This document shows, one piece after another, positions 7,401 through 13,156 of a DNA stretch of 16,129 bases (the first letter of the stretch is position 1; every line of letters begins with the position of its first letter). Source of the DNA: Candidatus Muiribacteriota bacterium (GTDB lineage: Bacteria > Muiribacteriota > Muiribacteriia > Muiribacteriales > Muiribacteriaceae); contig JBNJGP010000059.1 of assembly GCA_051747805.1 (NCBI GenBank), forward strand, positions 1 through 16,129, read 5' to 3'. The notes under the pieces were generated by a model. It saw only the letters and a list, made by a program, of their open reading frames with translations, had not been told where the DNA came from and made no database searches. Made by a program: the position numbers and the translations under genes.

Positions 7401-10400
7401 TCTGATTCCGAGTTTGAGATAAATGGAGACACAGTTGAAATAAAAATTCCTCTTGAAATTAATTCAAATTCCTCAAATAAAGAGCTTAGAGTAGATTTTT
7501 ATACAGAAACACCTCTACAAAATGACCTTCCAGAGGGAAGTGATTTTAGTGTATGGGTAAATCATTCTCAGATGACAAATCCAATAGAGGCTGAGGCCGG
7601 AAATGCAGATAGTCACGATGGTACAAACAATGATTCGCTTACAGTTTTTTCCTCTGAACCTGCATTGGATATTAATTCTGAAGTTCAACCATATGTTACA
7701 GGAATTGATTCTCGGGTTAATTTCTCCTTTTTTATACAGCAGGTTTCTAATGCAGACTGTGCGGGGGTAGATAAATATGTAATAAATATACCACCGTATT
7801 TCACAGATGTTCAGATTGAGGACCAACAAAACAGAGTAGGTATTGGAGCCGATGGAAAAGAATATAATATTATAACCTCGGGTCTGCCTCAGGATAATGA
7901 GGCTTTAGTGAATATTAATCAGCCTAGCACAACGAGGCAGGGTACAGTTGAGGTAGAAATTGGCGAGAAACACAGACAGAATAACGGAACCTTTGAGGTT
8001 CAACTTACAATGAATACTCCCGGAGAGTCGGGTGATTATGTTTTTGATGTATGGGCTGGAAACAGGCATGTGGATGATTTAATAAAGGCAACTGCAAATG
8101 ATGTTGATGATGATCCTGGTAATAATAACCCGGAAAACGCCCTTCAGATTTACACTACTGCACCTGCAAAAGAGGCTCATTCTGAGCTTACCCCTTATGT
8201 AATTAAACCGGGTGATACAAAAGAGTTTAAACTTTATACAAGATTTTCTACTGCTGAGATGGATAGTGGGGTGGATAAGATTAATATAAAAACTGCCGGT
8301 CTGGATGAATTTGATGTTTCGCCTGAAAATACAACAGTAGAGGTTGATTTCATTGAATATGAAACAATAGATACAGGTGAAGTAGAAAATAATGAGGTGC
8401 TGATTGAAAAAATAGATGATGAAGTAGTTTTAACTTTTGGGGCACAGCCCTTTAAAGGTAATAATATTTTATTTACAATCGAGTTTGAAGGAACTGCCTT
8501 AAATGAATTGAATTATCCAGAAGGAGCTGGATGGGAGGTTTTTGTTGATAATAAAAATGCCTCACATCCTGTTGAATCTGGAGTGGCTAATCTGGACGGG
8601 GATGATTTAAATGATAATTCACTTTATTTATACATAACCCGTACATTGAATACAGCAAATGCTGTTGCTGAAATAGCTGCCTGGGATGCCCTTGGTAATC
8701 CTCATTTTGATAATAATTATAATGCTGTAAAAGCAGGTTCAGTTAATAATAACTTTCAGTACACTATAAAACCAGAATATACACAAACTGATATTGGAAT
8801 AAATGAAATAATGCTTGGGGTTCCTAATCAGGAGAATATTGAAATAACGTATATTAATGCTGGAGGGACATCATTTAATATAATTAATTCAGGGTATCCG
8901 GCACAAAACGAGGCTCTTGTAACCTATGAGGAACAATATGACAGTGGAATTGAAGGTTATGGAGGAACTGTTGAAATAAGACTTGGCAGAAGACTTTATT
9001 ATAATAATCCTGCAGACTCAAGAATACTTGTAGAATTTGTTTCAGATGCTGCTCAGGAGGCTGATGACGGTGTGCAGATTGAGGCAGAACTTGATTATAC
9101 TTATCTTGAAGATGAAGTCAATGTAATTCCAGGGGATGCAGAAGCTCCAGATGAATCTACTCAAAGTTTAACAATTACTACTTTACAGTCTCCGGTTGAT
9201 TTGTTAACTTCCGAAATAAACCCGGTTAATTTAAAACCAGGCGATACAAGTAAAAAATTCACGTTAACTTTTATTCCTGAAATAGTTAATGTAAACAGCG
9301 GTTTCAATAAGGCTGTGATAGAAGTTCCCGATAGTTTTTCAAATATTTTTGTAGAGTCAGAGAATGAACCTGTGAAACGAGACGGGGTTCCTCTTGATAT
9401 TGTATCATCAAATCCAAATGCAGATGAGGCAGTTATTTATGTGCATTCTGGAAATGTTTTTGTTGAATATGCTCTTCTACATAATGCTTACACTGGTATA
9501 GAGTTTGAAATAGAGTTTTATGCAAATGCTCCTTCAAGTTCTGATCTTGAAGAAGATGGCAGTTTATTCAGCTTATTTGTTGATAATACAGATGATTCCC
9601 TTCCTGTTTACTCTTCGACAGAAATGCCGGTAGTTACAGCTGCTGTTGTGGATAATCCACCAGTTGCGGAGCTAACAGCTGAAAGCCATAATGGGCTTTC
9701 TTTTCCGGATATTAACGGAATTATTGCTGGATCAGACAGTAATAAAATAACCCTTACTATGCTCCCTGACATTACAGATTCCTGCCGGGGAATAAATAAT
9801 ATAAAAGTTAATATGCCTGCTGGATATGAAATTCCAAACCCGAATTTATCTACTCTGATGGTTGGTGATGATGATTTAACAGGGTCGACAAACTTTGAGC
9901 TTTATAATGGAAGCCGGGGCTTGAATATTACCTTTTTACCTGAACTTAATGAACAGAAACAAATTGTTATTGAGTTAACCGTTAATGCACCTGCAGGTGA
10001 TGTTAAGAATTCAGTTGAAGTTTTTGTTGATAATACCGAGGTGGGAAATGGGGATGATTTTGCAGTAAAGGCTGTTTCTGGAAATGCTTATGCTGAGGTA
10101 AACACAAACTCATTATCTCTTGAGCTTATTGAAGTTCCAGCAAGAGGGGCCGATGCCCAAATTGATAATAATCTTGTTTTCCCCTCAAAGAATGTTGATT
10201 TTAATTTATATATTTTACCTGATATAACCGTAGATGATGGCGGGATAGATAAAGCCTTATTCTATATTCCATCCGGGTTTAACGAGGTAAATATTAAATC
10301 GGTAAGATGGGGTGGAACAACTCTTTCAACAAGTCAGTATGAAGTTATTAAAACATCCAGCTATATTGAAGTAGAAAGTGATATACGTATTACAGAAGAA

Positions 10401-12455
10401 GTGACAGATAAACAGATAATAATTTCTTTTTCTGCCTTAACACCTGATAAAGTTGATGTTCCCGACGGAAAACTTTTTACAGGTTATATTTCAAATACTG
10501 ATTCAGATATTAATGTTGTTTTTGTGGAAGGTAATGCAGAGCCACTGCAGCCAGAAAATTCTTTAGTTGTAAGAACCAGAAGCGTTGTTGACAGAGCAAT
10601 CGCCGAAATTGAGCCGCCTTATTTAATAAGAGGCACTTCTGGAGAAACTTTTGATTATTATTTAGACCTTTCTATTTCAGAGTATGCCTCGGGGGTGGAT
10701 AAGGTTAAAATATCTCTCTCAGATGTTTTATCAGATATTGGCTCGGTAGAATTTTACACAAAAAATCCCGGTGAGCAGGGCGAAACTCAATACTCTATAA
10801 TTGAAAATGGAGACCCTCAGCCTGGGGAAATAAAATATACATTGAATAATTCTATTATGGAATTTGAGTTTAATTCGGTTGAAAGATTGGAGGAAGATAA
10901 AATAATCAGAGTCAGGTTTATGTCTGATGTTCCTAATATAAATATTGTGGATGATAATAAATCTAAAATTTATGATAATGGTAATGAAATTGAGCATAAG
11001 GCTTCTGAAGGTAATGCAAACGAAGATTCAAGCTCGTGGAATACCTGGACAATTAGTACAGCCTCGGCGCAGGTAGAAGATGCAGTATTAAAAGCTGAGG
11101 AGTTGAAACAGGGTAAATGGAAAATTATAGTTGAGCTTGATTTTAATACCAGGGTTGACACTCAAGGACCAACACCGAATGTAGAATTAGATGGAAATAA
11201 GGCAAGTATGATTTCTTTCAGTAATGTTGAAAGCCATGGTTATTATAAAGGATATGTATGGCTTGAAACAGAAGAATTTACAGGTGAGCTTGATATAGAT
11301 GTTTCAAATCTCAGAGATTCTGTAGGAAACTGGGTTGAATCTTCTATATTAAGTCATGAAGTTATTCCAAATGCGGGAGTTGGCTTTTTTAGAAATCCTC
11401 TATCTCAGAATTTATATAATATTGTTTTCAGAATGAGCTCACCGCTTCCAACTGGTTATTCTCTGGGGGTTGAAGTTCAGGAAGCTGGTTTTGGTGTTGA
11501 AAATCTTGAACTGCAAAAAGGCGATAATAATAGAATTTACAGCGGAAATTATAAAATACGCTCAACTCCAAACTTGACAGTTAATTTTGAAATTTTAGAC
11601 AACAATGATGAAACTGTTAATTCTGGAAACTATTCTATGGGAACTCTTTATGCCCCCTATAATTACTCACCTGAAAAAGGTTTTGTACTTAAAGGCGGAG
11701 AAACGGGAGATGAAGTTACTCTTCTGAGAGGGCCTAATTTAATTGATATAGCAGCAACCATACCCCAGGAGCTTCAAAAAACCGATGAGCAGTTTTTAAT
11801 AGAAAACGGACTGGAAATTTCAGATATTCAAATAAACAGGGACTTTAATACAGAAGGATATTACGTTTTTGACGGCAAAAAATGGTTGCCGGCAGAAATG
11901 ATTCAAACTGGCTTAACAATATATGCCGTAGCCAAATTAAGAGATGAATCTCCACCAATTATCAGTAATGAAATAAAATATTCTTCCGGCGGTGATTTAA
12001 TAATAGAAGTTGAGGATGAATCTTTTATTAAAAAAGCCGATATATATAATGAAACAGAAAAAATAAAATCTATTATTAAAGATAATAAAATAATTGTTGA
12101 CCAGATACAGGTGAAGTACAGTACAATTAAAGTAGAGGTAAAGGATTACAGAGGCAATAAATCTGCCCGGCATTTTGATATAAATAAAGCAGTAGCGTCC
12201 TCTGGTATAGATATAAATATTTATCCTAATCCTGCTTCAGATTATGTCGTATTTGATATTGACTATTCTGGCACCTATGATTTAGAAATATATGATGCGG
12301 GTGGAAGAACTGTTTACAGGGCCCGTAATCTTTCAAATACATATTTATGGGATTTAAGGGATAAAAGGGCCGCTGAAATTGCAGATGGAACTTATATATA
12401 TAGAGTTATATACGATAACAACGAGAAAAATGGAAGAGTTGCTGTGCTTAAATAA
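4407..12455 (+). CDS. Giant (~2680 aa) secreted acidic multi-domain Ig-like/FN3-like protein with T9SS type A/FlgD-like C-terminal domain
   Basis: Sec signal peptide MAKKTIFLFVFLCLFINIFSA from ATG 4407 (GGGGA at 4394-4398). Ig-like hallmarks (D.AGN, DTDPP, YWRVYAED), a Big_5/SbsA-like module (DITAPQFVSSSPSDGAEDVSTSTNIEI...IEDLAGNNL), an FN3-like module, nine internal repeats, and C-terminal IYPNP...LEIYDAGGRTV...WDLRD...ADGTYIYRV...GRVAVLK. Confidence 0.92.
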   Translation: MAKKTIFLFVFLCLFINIFSAIELSTYVKSNSDNNNGYYKNDDSEIILEILDNDNTGSSGTITISPAIGGLPSEADIADADNDGKYLIVGYAVEGENPVNVSQLSDGIHTVTVSIAGSTNSPQSIDIVIDSTSPSFNVESLTTPYEYEGNDYFRDGSEITVQIRVEDANLDENTISFNFQAITGNSAHSSLQPDSFNSSTNIATWNITGGDVTDGEKTINGTVFDLADNEGQFMPSQVVLHAVNTPMEDEVILSEPGNDVYINDNRPTFSWQKPGGNEIEYVLELARNSSFTQSFQEIEITGGDTLDHTMTSDLESGINYWRMYARDMVEQESPVSETRHFYIDTDPPLITSVTSFDNSDPDNDSDHYAAGTVVRLEANEDSSQEYNGEVNIYCDETGYNHTYNLEYEAVGTYYYLWNTSSVETGDYTITFSLEDEAGNIAENSDLSVRIEADAPGKVSLVSPVNGGVIQTLNPQFVWESLTEDVQHYHLEVSENINFSSNIISETFDSNTTSYTSTHNFSENITHYWRVYAEDIVGNTAPGQADIWEFKCDITAPQFVSSSPSDGAEDVSTSTNIEIIMNEELLATSVDESSVIFEAFDGDSFEAFDIDSYEVDYSYSDAESKISIQPDNNMQYNVEHRITLNTQIEDLAGNNLEEDAFIDFVTRPLSAVSNVYAYDKEQSVGESIIVTWDLINDPVVDNYLVYYKENTHVTEGDIGTIATFYEVDSSTDELQIDGLTEGQSYYVAVVAKTTYDTYSELTSDSTYGPVTPVHDAEICRGETKAEITPSSVPPDAEINYSLFLKPVFFSTDVGFDKIYIGIDKHQLFDFSNSEFIVDGNSWTREASPDGEQFSLQMVGDTVEITLGQYIDREIINNNTIEFNFVASPDAQLEETCTFSVMLEHTELDINTHVQEGQATSSYSPPHTLTVSIVEQIQSLKAEINPHYLKLEEIHQLSLNILPEFEEGNVGFDSIIMEFPASYSIENINSWELYNGPNLLSDSEFEINGDTVEIKIPLEINSNSSNKELRVDFYTETPLQNDLPEGSDFSVWVNHSQMTNPIEAEAGNADSHDGTNNDSLTVFSSEPALDINSEVQPYVTGIDSRVNFSFFIQQVSNADCAGVDKYVINIPPYFTDVQIEDQQNRVGIGADGKEYNIITSGLPQDNEALVNINQPSTTRQGTVEVEIGEKHRQNNGTFEVQLTMNTPGESGDYVFDVWAGNRHVDDLIKATANDVDDDPGNNNPENALQIYTTAPAKEAHSELTPYVIKPGDTKEFKLYTRFSTAEMDSGVDKINIKTAGLDEFDVSPENTTVEVDFIEYETIDTGEVENNEVLIEKIDDEVVLTFGAQPFKGNNILFTIEFEGTALNELNYPEGAGWEVFVDNKNASHPVESGVANLDGDDLNDNSLYLYITRTLNTANAVAEIAAWDALGNPHFDNNYNAVKAGSVNNNFQYTIKPEYTQTDIGINEIMLGVPNQENIEITYINAGGTSFNIINSGYPAQNEALVTYEEQYDSGIEGYGGTVEIRLGRRLYYNNPADSRILVEFVSDAAQEADDGVQIEAELDYTYLEDEVNVIPGDAEAPDESTQSLTITTLQSPVDLLTSEINPVNLKPGDTSKKFTLTFIPEIVNVNSGFNKAVIEVPDSFSNIFVESENEPVKRDGVPLDIVSSNPNADEAVIYVHSGNVFVEYALLHNAYTGIEFEIEFYANAPSSSDLEEDGSLFSLFVDNTDDSLPVYSSTEMPVVTAAVVDNPPVAELTAESHNGLSFPDINGIIAGSDSNKITLTMLPDITDSCRGINNIKVNMPAGYEIPNPNLSTLMVGDDDLTGSTNFELYNGSRGLNITFLPELNEQKQIVIELTVNAPAGDVKNSVEVFVDNTEVGNGDDFAVKAVSGNAYAEVNTNSLSLELIEVPARGADAQIDNNLVFPSKNVDFNLYILPDITVDDGGIDKALFYIPSGFNEVNIKSVRWGGTTLSTSQYEVIKTSSYIEVESDIRITEEVTDKQIIISFSALTPDKVDVPDGKLFTGYISNTDSDINVVFVEGNAEPLQPENSLVVRTRSVVDRAIAEIEPPYLIRGTSGETFDYYLDLSISEYASGVDKVKISLSDVLSDIGSVEFYTKNPGEQGETQYSIIENGDPQPGEIKYTLNNSIMEFEFNSVERLEEDKIIRVRFMSDVPNINIVDDNKSKIYDNGNEIEHKASEGNANEDSSSWNTWTISTASAQVEDAVLKAEELKQGKWKIIVELDFNTRVDTQGPTPNVELDGNKASMISFSNVESHGYYKGYVWLETEEFTGELDIDVSNLRDSVGNWVESSILSHEVIPNAGVGFFRNPLSQNLYNIVFRMSSPLPTGYSLGVEVQEAGFGVENLELQKGDNNRIYSGNYKIRSTPNLTVNFEILDNNDETVNSGNYSMGTLYAPYNYSPEKGFVLKGGETGDEVTLLRGPNLIDIAATIPQELQKTDEQFLIENGLEISDIQINRDFNTEGYYVFDGKKWLPAEMIQTGLTIYAVAKLRDESPPIISNEIKYSSGGDLIIEVEDESFIKKADIYNETEKIKSIIKDNKIIVDQIQVKYSTIKVEVKDYRGNKSARHFDINKAVASSGIDINIYPNPASDYVVFDIDYSGTYDLEIYDAGGRTVYRARNLSNTYLWDLRDKRAAEIADGTYIYRVIYDNNEKNGRVAVLK
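6740..11060 (+). repeat. Nine tandem degenerate ~150-180-aa domains inside the giant protein (protein-level repeat)
   Basis: Each unit starts with [A/S]E[I/L/V]xP-like, contains G[F/V/I][D/N]K-like followed by hydrophobic residues and often P, and most end with GxA...N[S/A]LxV-like. Approximate starts: 6750, 7220, 7675, 8175, 8660, 9205, 9665, 10150, 10600. Confidence 0.8.
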
Positions 12456-12467
12456 GGAGGAGAGCAA

Positions 12468-13142
12468 ATGACAAAAAAAATTTTTATTGAAATAATATTA
12501 TTATGTGCGGTAATTGGATTTTTAGCCGGATGTGGAAGTGGAAGTGATAAATTCGGTTCGGGTGATGATTATTTGCCTTCTCTTCCGGGAAGCTCTTCGG
12601 TTAATGAAAAACTTGCCAATGCAAAATCATACATTCAGCAGAAAACTGAGAGTGGATACAGTGAAGGGCTGGAACTTCTTACAGATATTCAAAATAATCC
12701 CAACTATGTACCAACTCCTGAACAGTCTCTTGAAATAAGGGCCGGAATAATTTATTGTGAAATTCGACGCGATTTATCCCCGGTTGAATCAACAGAGACT
12801 TCCTCAAAACTTGAGGATATTATAAAAAATGCTTCAGGTGTAAAAATACCTTCCGATACGTTTTTTCTTCTAGCCTCAAGTTATCATGCTCAGCAGAGAG
12901 ACAGTCAGGCTTTGAGCACCCTTCAGGAGCTTGGACGTCAGGATTCTTCGGTTTTTAACCCGCAGTTTGTTTATGAAAGTGAATTTGACATAGCAACTGA
13001 CGGTGACTGTCATGCTTTTATGTCTGTTTTATATATTGGTGAAGAAGAAAATGTTGTAACTCAGAAAAATATTGCCAGCGACAGGGGAACGTCAAGTCTG
13101 GGAAATGGATATTTGTCTGAGTTGTCTAAGCTGGGATATTAA
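12468..13142 (+). CDS. Predicted lipoprotein, helical (TPR-like) hypothetical protein
   Basis: SD AGGAGG at 12455-12460; MTKK plus hydrophobic stretch and lipobox LAG-C (Cys22), G/S-rich tether, helical-repeat-like body (SDTFFLLASSYHAQQRDSQALSTLQEL). Confidence 0.88.
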   Translation: MTKKIFIEIILLCAVIGFLAGCGSGSDKFGSGDDYLPSLPGSSSVNEKLANAKSYIQQKTESGYSEGLELLTDIQNNPNYVPTPEQSLEIRAGIIYCEIRRDLSPVESTETSSKLEDIIKNASGVKIPSDTFFLLASSYHAQQRDSQALSTLQELGRQDSSVFNPQFVYESEFDIATDGDCHAFMSVLYIGEEENVVTQKNIASDRGTSSLGNGYLSELSKLGY

Positions 13143-13156
13143 AAATTAATTTTTAA

